A stretch of DNA of 64,000 bases, taken from contig CAVTDB010000003.1 in the NCBI GenBank assembly GCA_963733375.1, positions 256,001 to 320,000 of the forward strand, given 5' to 3'. How positions within the stretch are numbered: position 1 is the first letter of the stretch; the number at the start of each line of letters is the position of its first letter. This document shows, in pieces, positions 11,355-20,757 of the stretch. The position numbers were made by a program, and so were the translations under genes. The notes under the pieces are model-generated. The model did no database searches, was not told where the DNA came from, and saw nothing but the letters and a program-made list of their open reading frames with translations. The stretch comes from Nitrospirota bacterium (GTDB lineage: Bacteria > Nitrospirota > JACRHJ01).

Positions 11355-12953
11355 TTGAAAAGGGTTGCCGTATTGGCCTTGGGTTTATTTCTCCTGCTCT
11401 CGGCATGTGGTAAAAAACACGAAGAGGGGCTGGTCAGGGACCCGGATTACCTCACTGTCGCAATGGGCGCGGACGCCAAAAGGTTAATCCCGATGCTGGC
11501 GACCGATTCCGCCTCCGGAGACATATCCGGCCTGATTTTCCAGGGCCTGACGAAATACGACAAGGACATAAAGATTACCGGCGACCTGGCCGAAAACTGG
11601 GACGTATCGAAGGACGGGCTGGTGATAACCTTCCATCTGCGCAAGAACGTGAAGTGGCAGGACGGAAAGCCTTTTACCGCGGACGACGTACTCTTTACCT
11701 ACAAGGTCCTGAAAGACCCGAATACGGCGACACCTTACAGCGATACGCTGGGGCCTGTCGATAAAGTCGAGGCGCTGGACCCGTACACCGTCAGGGTAAC
11801 GTACAAGGAGCCGTTCGCCCCGGCCCTGGAGGCATGGGGGATGGGCGTCATACCGAAGCACCTCCTGGCGGGTAAGGACATAAACAAGGACCCGTTCAAC
11901 CGGCATCCCATAGGGACGAACATGTTCAAGTTCGGCGAGTGGATTACCGGGAACAGGATAGTCCTGGACGCATATGACGATTACTTCGAGGGCAGGCCGC
12001 ATATCGACAAGTACGTCTCCCGCATCCTCCCGGAACAGGCGACGCAATTCCTGGAGTTAAAGACCGGCGGGATAGATCTTATGAACCTCACTCCCATGCA
12101 ATATTCAAGAGAGACCGATACTCCGGAGATAAAGCATCGGTTCAATAAAATCCGCTATCCCGCTTTTGCCTATGATTACCTGGGCTATAACCTGACCAAT
12201 CCCCTGTTCAAGGACAAGCGCGTACGCCAGGCGCTATCATACGCGATAGACCAGAAGGGTATAATACAGGGCGTGCTTTTAGGCCTTGGCACGCCTTGCA
12301 CCGGCCCGTTCCCGCCGGAGTCCTGGGCGTTCAACAAGGACGTGAAGGGATATCCCTACGACCCGGAAAAGGCTAAGGCTATGCTGAAGGAGGCTGGCTG
12401 GACGCCTGGGCCGGACGGGGTGCTGACAAAGGACGGGAAGACTTTCACGTTTACGATACTGGTGAACCAGGCGAACAAACAGCGCCAGATGGCGGCGGAG
12501 ATTATCCAGCAGGACCTGGCCAAGGTCGGCGTCCACGTGGAAATAACCGCGCTGGAATGGCAGGCGCTCCTGCACGACTTCATAGACAAAAAGCGATTCG
12601 AGGCGCTCATCATGGGCTGGGGATTAGGCCGAGACCCCGACTCCTATGATATGTGGTATTCCAAGAAAACCAAGGAAGGTGAATTCAACTTCATAAGCTA
12701 TAATAATCCGGAAGTGGACAAGCTTTTAATCCAGGGCCGGCAGACGTTCGACATCGGGAAGCGGAAGGAGATATATCACCGCATCCACGCGATATTATCG
12801 GACGACGCGCCCTATACCTTCCTGTACGTACCCGACGCCCTGCCGATAATCCATAAACGCTTTAAAGGCGTGAAGAAGGAGCCGCTCGGGATATTCTATA
12901 ATTTAAAGGACTGGTACGTGCCGAGGAACCCGGGAGAATGGTATACACAATAG
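11355..12953 (+). CDS. Peptide ABC transporter substrate-binding lipoprotein (SBP family 5, AppA-like)
   Basis: Lipobox LSAC; LAENW…TFHLRKNVKWQDG.PFTADDV; KRVRQALSYAID. Confidence 0.9.
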   Translation: MKRVAVLALGLFLLLSACGKKHEEGLVRDPDYLTVAMGADAKRLIPMLATDSASGDISGLIFQGLTKYDKDIKITGDLAENWDVSKDGLVITFHLRKNVKWQDGKPFTADDVLFTYKVLKDPNTATPYSDTLGPVDKVEALDPYTVRVTYKEPFAPALEAWGMGVIPKHLLAGKDINKDPFNRHPIGTNMFKFGEWITGNRIVLDAYDDYFEGRPHIDKYVSRILPEQATQFLELKTGGIDLMNLTPMQYSRETDTPEIKHRFNKIRYPAFAYDYLGYNLTNPLFKDKRVRQALSYAIDQKGIIQGVLLGLGTPCTGPFPPESWAFNKDVKGYPYDPEKAKAMLKEAGWTPGPDGVLTKDGKTFTFTILVNQANKQRQMAAEIIQQDLAKVGVHVEITALEWQALLHDFIDKKRFEALIMGWGLGRDPDSYDMWYSKKTKEGEFNFISYNNPEVDKLLIQGRQTFDIGKRKEIYHRIHAILSDDAPYTFLYVPDALPIIHKRFKGVKKEPLGIFYNLKDWYVPRNPGEWYTQ

Positions 12954-13032
12954 AAGCGGGCATATTTGCGAGCGGACATTTACCCGAAGGACCCTTCCGA
13001 GAGCGAGCAAATGATGCCTGCTTTAAATAAAT

Positions 13033-14010
13033 ATGTCTAATATCTCTGTAAATTCGTTAGTCAAAAAGTACGGCTCCCTGACCGCGGTGGACGGCATATC
13101 GTTCGAGGTCGCGCCGGGCGAGGTATTCGGTTTTCTCGGGCCGAACGGGGCGGGGAAATCCACCACCATATCCATCCTCTGCACGCTTCTGTCCCCCACT
13201 TCAGGCCATGCCTCCGTGGGGGGTTTCGACTGCGTGAGGGACGCGGACTCCGTGCGCCGCTCCATAGGGATAATCTTTCAGGACCCGACGCTCGACAACG
13301 GCCTGACTGCTTATGAAAACCTTCTTTTCCACGCATACCTCTACGGTCTGGACAGGGTAACGGCGAAAAAGAGAATAGAGGACGCGATTTCGTTAGTCGG
13401 CCTCTCCGCCAGGAAGAACGAGCTTGTGCGGAGGTTCTCCGGCGGCATGAAAAGGCGGCTGGAGATAGCGCGCGGCATCTTGAATTACCCCAAGGTGCTG
13501 TTCATGGACGAGCCTACTCTGGGACTCGACCCGCAGACCAGAAACATGATATGGGAATTCATACGCGAGCTGAAAAAGACCACCGGCATTACCGTATTTA
13601 TGACCACCCATTACCTGGAAGAGGCGGAGTTCTGCGACAGGATTGCGATAATCGACCTGGGTAAGATTATCGCGTCCGGGACCCCGGCCGAGCTGAAGTC
13701 CGGGCTTCACGGCGATACCTTGAAACTCTCCGCCGACGACCCGAAGGTCTTGGCGTCGGAGCTTCGGGAGAAATTTCAAATGGAGCCGAGATTAACCGAC
13801 GGCGGCGTTACCCTCACGGTGGAGAAGGGGGAAGAGGTGCTGCCGGTACTGATAAAAGGACTCTCCACCCGGATTACCTCCGTCAGCATGACCCGGCCCA
13901 CCTTGAACGACGTATTCTTAAGCCTGACGGGCAAGAGCATACGCGAAGAGAACTCCGACCCTTACGGCCCCATGCGTTCCTACGCCCGCAAGGCCTCCGG
14001 GAGGCATTGA
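13033..14010 (+). CDS. ABC-2 exporter ATP-binding protein (DrrA/NodI-like)
   Basis: GPNGAGKST, FSGGMKRR, DEPT and TTH. Confidence 0.92.
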   Translation: MSNISVNSLVKKYGSLTAVDGISFEVAPGEVFGFLGPNGAGKSTTISILCTLLSPTSGHASVGGFDCVRDADSVRRSIGIIFQDPTLDNGLTAYENLLFHAYLYGLDRVTAKKRIEDAISLVGLSARKNELVRRFSGGMKRRLEIARGILNYPKVLFMDEPTLGLDPQTRNMIWEFIRELKKTTGITVFMTTHYLEEAEFCDRIAIIDLGKIIASGTPAELKSGLHGDTLKLSADDPKVLASELREKFQMEPRLTDGGVTLTVEKGEEVLPVLIKGLSTRITSVSMTRPTLNDVFLSLTGKSIREENSDPYGPMRSYARKASGRH

Positions 14011-14780
14011 TGGCTAATCTTTCGCACGAGCTTAAGGCGATATACGTCATCTCCTTCCGGGAGCTTCGGAAGTTCATCCGGGAAAGAAGCCGCATAATGG
14101 GTACGATGGCCCGGCCAATATTGTGGCTTTTCGTGTTGGGCGGCGGGATGGGCAGGATAGTCACCCTCCCCGGCGGCGGCATAACTTACACACAGTTTCT
14201 TTTTCCCGGGATATTGGGCTTTACTATCCTCTTCGCGTCCATATTCTCCGCCATATCGATTGTCTGGGACAGGGAGTTCGGATTTTTAAAGGAGATACTG
14301 GTCGCGCCCATCTCCAGGTTTTCGGTCGTCGCCGGCAAGGCTATGGCCGGTACGTCCATATCCCTGTTCCAGGTATTGATCATGTCTGTTTTTATCCCGG
14401 TACTGGGAATAAAAATAGGTTTTGTCCAATTCCTGCTGCTGTTGATGTCGGCGGGACTGCTTGCTTTTTCGATGACCTGTTTCGGGATACTTGTAGCTGC
14501 GAGCATGCGCTCCTATGAAGGGTTCAACGTAGTAATGAATTTAATCGTCATGCCGATGTACTTTCTGTCAGGCGCGATGTATCCGATAAAGCGTCTGCCC
14601 TCCGTGCTTAAGGAGCTTACCCGCGCAAATCCTTTGACATATGGAATAGACGCGATGAAGAACATATTGGGCGCTTCTTTCAGGCCTGAGTATCCTATCT
14701 TTGTTGACCTTGCGGTGTTAATAGGGTTTTTGGCCGTAACCGCCACATTGGCTAATTTATCTTTCAGGAGAGCGGCCTGA
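14007..14780 (+). CDS. ABC-2 type permease
   Basis: Six TM helices, DREFGFLKE, FLSGA.YP, NPLTY; overlaps the ATPase stop. Confidence 0.9.
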   Translation: MMANLSHELKAIYVISFRELRKFIRERSRIMGTMARPILWLFVLGGGMGRIVTLPGGGITYTQFLFPGILGFTILFASIFSAISIVWDREFGFLKEILVAPISRFSVVAGKAMAGTSISLFQVLIMSVFIPVLGIKIGFVQFLLLLMSAGLLAFSMTCFGILVAASMRSYEGFNVVMNLIVMPMYFLSGAMYPIKRLPSVLKELTRANPLTYGIDAMKNILGASFRPEYPIFVDLAVLIGFLAVTATLANLSFRRAA

Positions 14781-14783
14781 GGA

Positions 14784-14812
14784 TTGACTTCCCGTCCCCG
14801 GTGGCTTACAAT
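14784..14812 (+). promoter_or_regulatory. sigma70 promoter of thiF
   Basis: TTGACT-N17-TACAAT, 9 nt before ATG 14822. Confidence 0.6.
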
Positions 14813-14821
14813 TTTAATATC

Positions 14822-15628
14822 ATGGTTCGATTAAAAGTAAATGAGCGGTTCGTGGAATTCAAGGAGCCGCCGAAGCTTATGGAGGTCCGCGCCAAGTATA
14901 AACCCGGCTCGGACCTTACTATTTTAAACGGCTTCCCCACCCAGGAAAACCCTGTCCTGCACGATGGAGATAACATCGTGTTCATAAGGAAAGGGGCCAT
15001 GCCTTCCAGGGAAGAACTGGAGGCCCTTATGACGGCGCGCCATACCCCGGGCGTGCACGAGGTGGTCAAGAAGGCGCGGGTCGGGGTAGCGGGGCTCGGA
15101 GGGCTTGGCTCGGTCGTCGCCGTGGCCCTGGCAAGGCTTGGAGTCGGCGAACTGGTCATCGTGGACTATGACATGGTGGAACCGAGCAACTTGAACCGGC
15201 AGCAGTATTTCATAGACCAGATAGGGAAGCCCAAGACGGAGGCGATGGAAGAAAACCTCCGCAGGATCAATCCCTACGTAAAGGTATCGTCGCACAAGAC
15301 GGTCCTGACGGAAAAGAATATCCCGGAATATTTCTGCAAGGTAAGCGTGCTGGTCGAGGCGTTCGACAAGGCGGAGGCGAAGGCGATGCTCTTGAATACC
15401 ATGGCCGAGCACTGTCCGGACGTGCCGGTGGTGACCGCCTCCGGCGTGGCGGGGCATGGGCCTTCCAATTCGATAAAGACAATGCCGTTCGGCAAATATT
15501 TCATAGTCGGCGACCAGGAGTCGGAGGCGGCGGCAGGCCAGGGGCTGATGGCGCCCAGGGTAGGCATCGCGGCGCACCACCAGGCAAATTGCGTGCTTAG
15601 AATTTTATTGGGTGAACCGGGAGAATAA
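14822..15628 (+). CDS. thiF: ThiS adenylyltransferase with N-terminal ThiS-like domain
   Basis: ARHTPG, GLGGLGS, DYDMVEPSNLNRQ, MAPRV…HQAN. Confidence 0.9.
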   Translation: MVRLKVNERFVEFKEPPKLMEVRAKYKPGSDLTILNGFPTQENPVLHDGDNIVFIRKGAMPSREELEALMTARHTPGVHEVVKKARVGVAGLGGLGSVVAVALARLGVGELVIVDYDMVEPSNLNRQQYFIDQIGKPKTEAMEENLRRINPYVKVSSHKTVLTEKNIPEYFCKVSVLVEAFDKAEAKAMLLNTMAEHCPDVPVVTASGVAGHGPSNSIKTMPFGKYFIVGDQESEAAAGQGLMAPRVGIAAHHQANCVLRILLGEPGE

Positions 15629-15728
15629 ACCGTTACTTTCTTTTGCGAAAAAGAAAAGTAACACAAAGAAAACGGGAACAAGTTTAAAAGTTTTTGGCGT
15701 TACCTTTTTCCCAAAAAGGTAACAAGTT
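15629..15728. repeat. Family A element, copy 4
   Basis: Same two hairpins, directly after the thiF TAA. Confidence 0.9.
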
Positions 15729-15750
15729 TTAGGTTTTTCGGAGGCGGTTT

Positions 15751-17108
15751 GTGAAAGATATTTTAAACGACGTGGAGGCCGCGCTTAAAGAGGCGAAGGC
15801 TCCTTCCCGTCTGGAAGTTGACGCGATCCTCGCTCGCGCGGGTGAGCTTAAGGGGTTGTCCATCCGGGACGCGGCTGCGCTTTTGATGGCCGAAGACGAA
15901 GACACGGTAGCGGCCATCCGCGAAAAAGCGGCGGAAGTGAAGGAGGCTGTATTCGGCCCGCGCGTGGTGCTTTTCGCCCCGTTGTATTTATCGAATTACT
16001 GCTCCAACGACTGCCTGTACTGCGGTTTCAGGAAGTCCAATTCCCTGGCCCGCAGAAAAGCCCTGTCTCCGGACGAAGCGGTGGAGCAGGCGAAAATCCT
16101 GTCACGGATGGGTTTCAAGAGGATTATCCTGGTGGCGGGCGAGCACCCGCGCCATTCCGGGGTCGATTATTTAGTTGAAGTCGCGCGCGAAATTTACTCC
16201 CGGACGGACGTGAGGATACTGCACGTGAACTCCGCCCCGGTTTCGGTGGAGGATTTCAGGAAAATCAAGGCGGCGGGTTACGGCGTGTATCAATGCTTTC
16301 AGGAGACCTACCACAGGGAAAGCTATAAATTTTTGCACCCGACCGGCAAAAAATCGGATTTCCTCTACCGGCTGTCCGCGATGGACAGGGCGCTCGAAGC
16401 GGGTTTCGGCGACGTGGGGATAGGGCCGCTTCTGGGCCTGTACGATTACCATTACGACGCCCTGGCGGCAATAGCCCACTCGAAGCACCTGGAGGCGACC
16501 TTCGGCGCTAGCGCCCATACCATTTCCGTGCCGCGCCTGCGTCCGGCGGAAGGCGCCGGGATTAAGGACGCCCCTTATCCCGTCAGCGACGAAGAGTTTA
16601 AAAAGGTAGTCGCGGTATACCGCCTTTCCGTCCCGCAGGCGGGGGTGGTGATATCCACGCGCGAACCGGCGAAGCTCCGGGAAGAATCCCTGTCTTGCGG
16701 CGCGTCCCAGATATCCGCCGGCTCATCGACCGAGCCGGGAGGCTATGACAAGGGCGACCATAGCACGGCGCAGTTCGACTTAGCGGACCACCGCCCGCTT
16801 AATGAAATGGTGAGGATAATCGCTGAGGCGGGGCTTCTGCCGTCGCTTTGCACGGCCTGTTACCGGAGCGGAAGGCAGGGGCCGGATTTTCTGAATACGG
16901 CCTCGTCCGGGAAACTGAAAGAACTCTGTACGGCAAACGCGCTTCTGTCGTTAAAGGAATACCTGCTGGACGTGGGGCCGGACGGGCGGGAGAGACGTCG
17001 AGGCCGCGCTTGAAAGTTTCCTGGACGGATTCACAGGACCTCTTCGGGAAGACCTGAAACAGAAAATGGAAATGATTCAAGGAAGGCAAGAGAGATATAC
17101 ATTACTAG
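15751..17108 (+). CDS. HydG/ThiH-family radical SAM tyrosine lyase with HydG-type C-terminus (frameshifts near 16990-17075)
   Basis: APLYLSNYCSNDCLYC, FQETYH, HTISVPR, and CTAC-X22-C; GKRDIHY* in another frame ends at 17108. Confidence 0.85.
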
Positions 17109-17143
17109 AGCCCGCGGCTTGACTATCTGCCTTTCAAAAAGAC

Positions 17144-17172
17144 TTGATTATCTCAAAATCGCCAATTATAAT
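17144..17172 (+). promoter_or_regulatory. sigma70 promoter of thiS
   Basis: TTGATT-N17-TATAAT, 7 nt before ATG 17180. Confidence 0.6.
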
Positions 17173-17179
17173 CCAAGAC

Positions 17180-17383
17180 ATGAGAATTTCCGTAAACGGC
17201 GAGCCGCTTGAGACCAGCCCGGACGTGGGGACGGTGGGGGAGCTTTTATGCTCCCTGGGGCTATCCGAGCGGCGTGTGGCCGTGGAGCACAACCGGGTGA
17301 TACTCCCCAAAAACGCTTACGCCGAAACCGCGATAAGCGAGGGAGACGCGCTCGAAATCCTCAGCTTCGTCGGCGGCGGCTGA
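17180..17383 (+). CDS. thiS: Sulfur carrier protein
   Basis: MRISVNGE…VAVEHN…EGDALEILSFVGGG with C-terminal GG. Confidence 0.92.
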   Translation: MRISVNGEPLETSPDVGTVGELLCSLGLSERRVAVEHNRVILPKNAYAETAISEGDALEILSFVGGG

Positions 17384-17486
17384 CCGGCTGAGCCGGGGGG
17401 GGCCGGGGGCAGGGGCGCGCGTGGATGCAGGCATGGCGCTGACACGCACCGCCTGAAAAATCCTCAGCTTCGTCGGCGGCGGCTGA
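17355..17486. repeat. 29-bp direct repeat (thiS 3' end / rlmD-like 3' end) flanking a 74-bp G-rich spacer
   Basis: AAATCCTCAGCTTCGTCGGCGGCGGCTGA at 17355-17383 and 17458-17486. Confidence 0.9.
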
Positions 17487-18699
17487 GCAGGGCGAAGGCC
17501 TCGATATGGTACGTCTGCGGGAAGAAATCCACCATCCGTAAAGATTCCACTGAATAGTCGTCTTGAAATTTATTTAAGTCTCGGGCTAACGTCGCGGGGT
17601 TGCAGGATACGTAGGCAATCATGCCCGGCATAATTGACAGAATTTTCCCGATACCCGCCTCCGATATGCCCGCGCGTGGCGGGTCCGCTATAACGGCATC
17701 GAACTTCTCACGGATGTTAAAACCGTCCACGCTTACGCTGACGAACTGGCAGTTCTCAATTTTATTCAGCTTCACGTTCTCTTTTCCGTCTTTGACGGAA
17801 GACCGCCCCTCCTCCACCGCGACCACCTTCCGGGCTAGGCGCGAGACGGGCAGCGAGAAATTTCCAGCGCCTGCATAGAGGTCGAGCACGGCCTTTCCCG
17901 CAACCGGTTTCAGACTTTCAAGTACGAGGTCAACAAGGGCGCGGTTAAGGCTCCAGTTGGCCTGGAAAAAACTCTCGGACGAAACGGAATATTTTATACC
18001 GTCCAGTTCGAGGTTCAATTTACCGGCCCCGAAATGCAGCGGCTGTTTCCCTTCGATCTCCACGCGGACTCCCGAAAAACCCCCGCCCAGCAAATCCTTC
18101 GAAACATCCTTCCAGACATGCCTGGTGGAGGACGGGACTTTTATCAGCGCGAGGGTTTTATCACCACGGCAGATATGCAGCTCCTGAGCGTCCGTGTTTT
18201 TAAGGAGCCTTTTCGCATTTATGAAGACCTCGTTTATCTCATCGACCATCAGCGGGCAGGAGCTTATGTCCACCAGGTCCCGCGAGTGCTCCCTGAAATA
18301 GCCGACCCGCCCGCCTGATATTTTGAACTGGCCCCTGTGCCGGTAGTTCCAGGCTCTCCCCGTCAGCGGCTCGGAAAGGGATAACTCCATTTTCCCTATC
18401 CTCTTAAGCGCCGATTTCAGGACTTCCTCTTTCAGGCCTACCTGCATCGGGTATGAGGCATACTGGACCTGGCATCCGCCGCAGACGCCGAAGTAGGGGC
18501 AGGGAGGCTCCACCCGCTCAGGCGAGGGCTCCAAAATCTTCCGTGCAATGGCGACCGAATAGTCTTTTTTCTCATCGAGTACCTCCGCCTCCACGGTCTC
18601 GCCGGGGATAGCGCCCTTGAGCATCACCACTTTGCCGTCCAGCCTCGCCACGGTATAGCCGCCGTACGCGGGCGGACCTGCTGTAAGTTTTATTTTCAT
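17464..18699 (-). CDS. RlmD/TrmA-family RNA m5U methyltransferase
   Basis: TRAM domain, CPYFGVCGGC Fe-S motif, SFFQAN, DLYAGAG, DPPRAG, YVSCNPATLARD, DFFPQTYHIE. Confidence 0.9.
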   Translation of the reverse strand: MKIKLTAGPPAYGGYTVARLDGKVVMLKGAIPGETVEAEVLDEKKDYSVAIARKILEPSPERVEPPCPYFGVCGGCQVQYASYPMQVGLKEEVLKSALKRIGKMELSLSEPLTGRAWNYRHRGQFKISGGRVGYFREHSRDLVDISSCPLMVDEINEVFINAKRLLKNTDAQELHICRGDKTLALIKVPSSTRHVWKDVSKDLLGGGFSGVRVEIEGKQPLHFGAGKLNLELDGIKYSVSSESFFQANWSLNRALVDLVLESLKPVAGKAVLDLYAGAGNFSLPVSRLARKVVAVEEGRSSVKDGKENVKLNKIENCQFVSVSVDGFNIREKFDAVIADPPRAGISEAGIGKILSIMPGMIAYVSCNPATLARDLNKFQDDYSVESLRMVDFFPQTYHIEAFALLSRRRRS

Positions 18700-18735
18700 G
18701 GATTTTTATATACGATTAAATCGCCGGATTTCCGT

Positions 18736-18865
18736 ATTCCCGAATGATTTAATCCTATTTGTCCGTCATTCCCGAGATGATTTACCTGTCCAGAGCGATA
18801 GCGAAGACAGAATGATTTAATCGGGAATCCAGGGTTTGATTTAAATTCCCGGATTCCCGCTTTCG
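18736..18865. repeat. CGTC-type REP cluster with a 36-bp insertion (18775-18810)
   Basis: CGTCATTCCCG[36 bp]AATGATTTAATCGGGAATCCAG; an uninterrupted partial copy at 18736-18754; inverted half GGATTCCCGCTTTCG at 18851-18865. Confidence 0.85.
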
Positions 18866-18880
18866 TCCGAGTTTGCTGTC

Positions 18881-18984
18881 GGGGGGAGCATTCTCTCCGA
18901 AAAATTATTATTCACAATTTCGCTTTAAGCCGCGTGAGTTTTATTTTACGTTCAAGATAATTTTTCTCCGAGAACGCTCCCCCC
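18881..18984. repeat. Family C ~100-bp inverted-repeat element, copy 1
   Basis: GGGGGGAGCATTCTCTCCGAAAAATTAT…ATAATTTTTCTCCGAGAACGCTCCCCCC; homologous copy at 47428-47522. Confidence 0.8.
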
Positions 18985-19749
18985 TCCCTCTTGCCTCTTC
19001 CTTTGCCGCTCGTCGCGCATATCTTTTCGCCGGTCCCAGGCGGACGGGTCTTCCGAGGCGGTAAGCGCCTTCCCCACCACAATTATTTTGAAGGCGTCCT
19101 CGTCCGCGAACCACTCCGGGTCAACGTCCTTTGCAAGCCTCTCGATTGTGGTATTTATAATCCCCTCGCCCGGCAGGGAAATCCGCGAGACTATCGCGAC
19201 CGGCGTATCGGAGTTATATCCTTCCAGCAGCTCGTATGTCAACTCTTCCGGCCTTTTGTTATTCATGAAGAGCACCATCGTTGCCTGGTGCCTGGAGAGC
19301 GCCCCGATAGTATCGGGACTGCCCTCTACGGTCTTTGGGGATGTTGCGATGACGGAATGGGCTGCGCCGGAGATGACGAACGTCCTTTTAAGCGCCGCCG
19401 AGGCCGCGTTAAGAACGCCGACGCCCGGGATTACTTCCGCGTCCGGGTAACGCGCGATTATGGACTGCACGGGCGAGAAAATGGCCAGGTCTCCGGGCAC
19501 TAAAAATACCGCGTCTTGCCCCTTCGCCAGCACGGAATCGATCTTCTCTGTCAGCTCCTTAAAATGGAAATCGAACGGGTCGTAATATTCCTTGCCTTCA
19601 AGCAGCGCGGCATAAGAGTCCTTGAAATGTCCCGGCGCGAACACGAGCGAGGCATTTTTCAATACCTCCATCCCGCGCAAAGTCAGAAGCTCCGGGTCCC
19701 CCGGCCCCCCGCCCACGAACCACAGCTTGCCGCATATGCTGTCAGACAT
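18952..19749 (-). CDS. CobM/CbiF-like tetrapyrrole methyltransferase
   Basis: FVGGGPGDPELLTLRG, PGDLAIF, IPGV…AASA, TPVAIV. Confidence 0.75.
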   Translation of the reverse strand: MSDSICGKLWFVGGGPGDPELLTLRGMEVLKNASLVFAPGHFKDSYAALLEGKEYYDPFDFHFKELTEKIDSVLAKGQDAVFLVPGDLAIFSPVQSIIARYPDAEVIPGVGVLNAASAALKRTFVISGAAHSVIATSPKTVEGSPDTIGALSRHQATMVLFMNNKRPEELTYELLEGYNSDTPVAIVSRISLPGEGIINTTIERLAKDVDPEWFADEDAFKIIVVGKALTASEDPSAWDRRKDMRDERQRKRQEGGGSVLGEKLS

Positions 19750-19783
19750 TAAAATTTTCCTCGATTTTTATTTCCTTAAAGCA

Positions 19784-19883
19784 CGTCATTCCCGCGCACG
19801 CGGGGAAAGATTTACCTGTCCAGAGCGAAACGGTTTACCTGTCCAGAGCGGAAGCGAAGACAGATAGCGAAGACAGAATCCAG
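19784..19883. repeat. CGTC-type REP containing two nested 36-bp elements
   Basis: CGTCATTCCCGCGCACGCGGG[GAAAGATTTACCTGTCCAGAGCG[AAACGGTTTACCTGTCCAGAGCGGAAGCGAAGACAG]ATAGCGAAGACAG]AATCCAG. Confidence 0.9.
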
Positions 19884-19890
19884 CGACTTT

Positions 19891-19918
19891 AAAAATAGGG
19901 GATGTGTCCCTAATTTTT
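19891..19918. repeat. AT-flanked palindrome (REP-like or terminator)
   Basis: AAAAATAGGGGATGTGTCCCTAATTTTT. Confidence 0.5.
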
Positions 19919-19938
19919 CTAATTTCTAAATTTTCTTG

Positions 19939-20757
19939 TTAGATAATTTTCACGTTAATTTTAAAATATGGATAATAGCGGTCGCTTTTTTCTTGAAAAT
20001 CGATAATTGACGTGCCTGGTTTCTCTCCAATAAAAACCCATTGCCAGACGAAAGAGTGGGGTGATTTATATGTTCCGAGCAATTTTAATTGTTTGTTGTC
20101 ATAACTTTTTAATTCAAGATCCATAGCAGCACCTAAATGAAGTTCTAACATTAATCCCTGTCCCGGCTTAATTGCAACATTCTCTTCTCCGTCTTCCGCC
20201 CGTTTTTTAGTTACTACTAATGGCGGCTCGCTTAACCCGTATTTTTTTGTTTCTTCCAATTTGATTGTTTCAATATTTTTTTCTTCTGCATTAATTAGCT
20301 TGTTTAATAGGGGTGTCTTTTTTTCGGGGGCGTCAACATCCAGAGATTTAATCTCATCCAAATTTTCCTGTCTTTCAATTTTTTCCTTTAATTCAGATAA
20401 TTCAACAGGTATAAATTTTTGCTTAGGCCATTGTGGGACTGTTTGATATCCATAACCTGGTTTAAAAATTCTAAACATCGGCGCTCCTATTCCATCGATT
20501 AAAGGAATACTAAAACCTATAAACAATGGTATTTTAAATTCACCATTCTTGTCAGTCAAAGTTTCCTTTGCATCATAGAAATCTGTAAACCCGCTGCCCA
20601 AAGCTGCATGGAACTCATCCCAAATAGCTACGACTACTGCCCCATCAATAGGCTCTTTAGTCTTTGCGTCTATTACTTTTCCCTTCCAGGGGCCTTGTAC
20701 ACTAGCGCAGCCAAAAAATAACAAAAGGACAAACAGAAGAAGTACCTTTTTCCCCAT
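19939..20757 (-). CDS. AT-rich lipoprotein with carboxypeptidase-regulatory-like N-terminal domain
   Basis: MGKKVLLLFVLLLFFGC lipobox; GKVIDAKTKEPIDGAVV…TDKNGEF…KPGY; visibly lower GC than its neighbours. Confidence 0.7.
   Translation of the reverse strand: MGKKVLLLFVLLLFFGCASVQGPWKGKVIDAKTKEPIDGAVVVAIWDEFHAALGSGFTDFYDAKETLTDKNGEFKIPLFIGFSIPLIDGIGAPMFRIFKPGYGYQTVPQWPKQKFIPVELSELKEKIERQENLDEIKSLDVDAPEKKTPLLNKLINAEEKNIETIKLEETKKYGLSEPPLVVTKKRAEDGEENVAIKPGQGLMLELHLGAAMDLELKSYDNKQLKLLGTYKSPHSFVWQWVFIGEKPGTSIIDFQEKSDRYYPYFKINVKII

Noticed and set aside
14781-14821. TPP riboswitch upstream of thiF
   Set aside because: Only ~40 bp are available, filled by a promoter, with no CTGAGA core.
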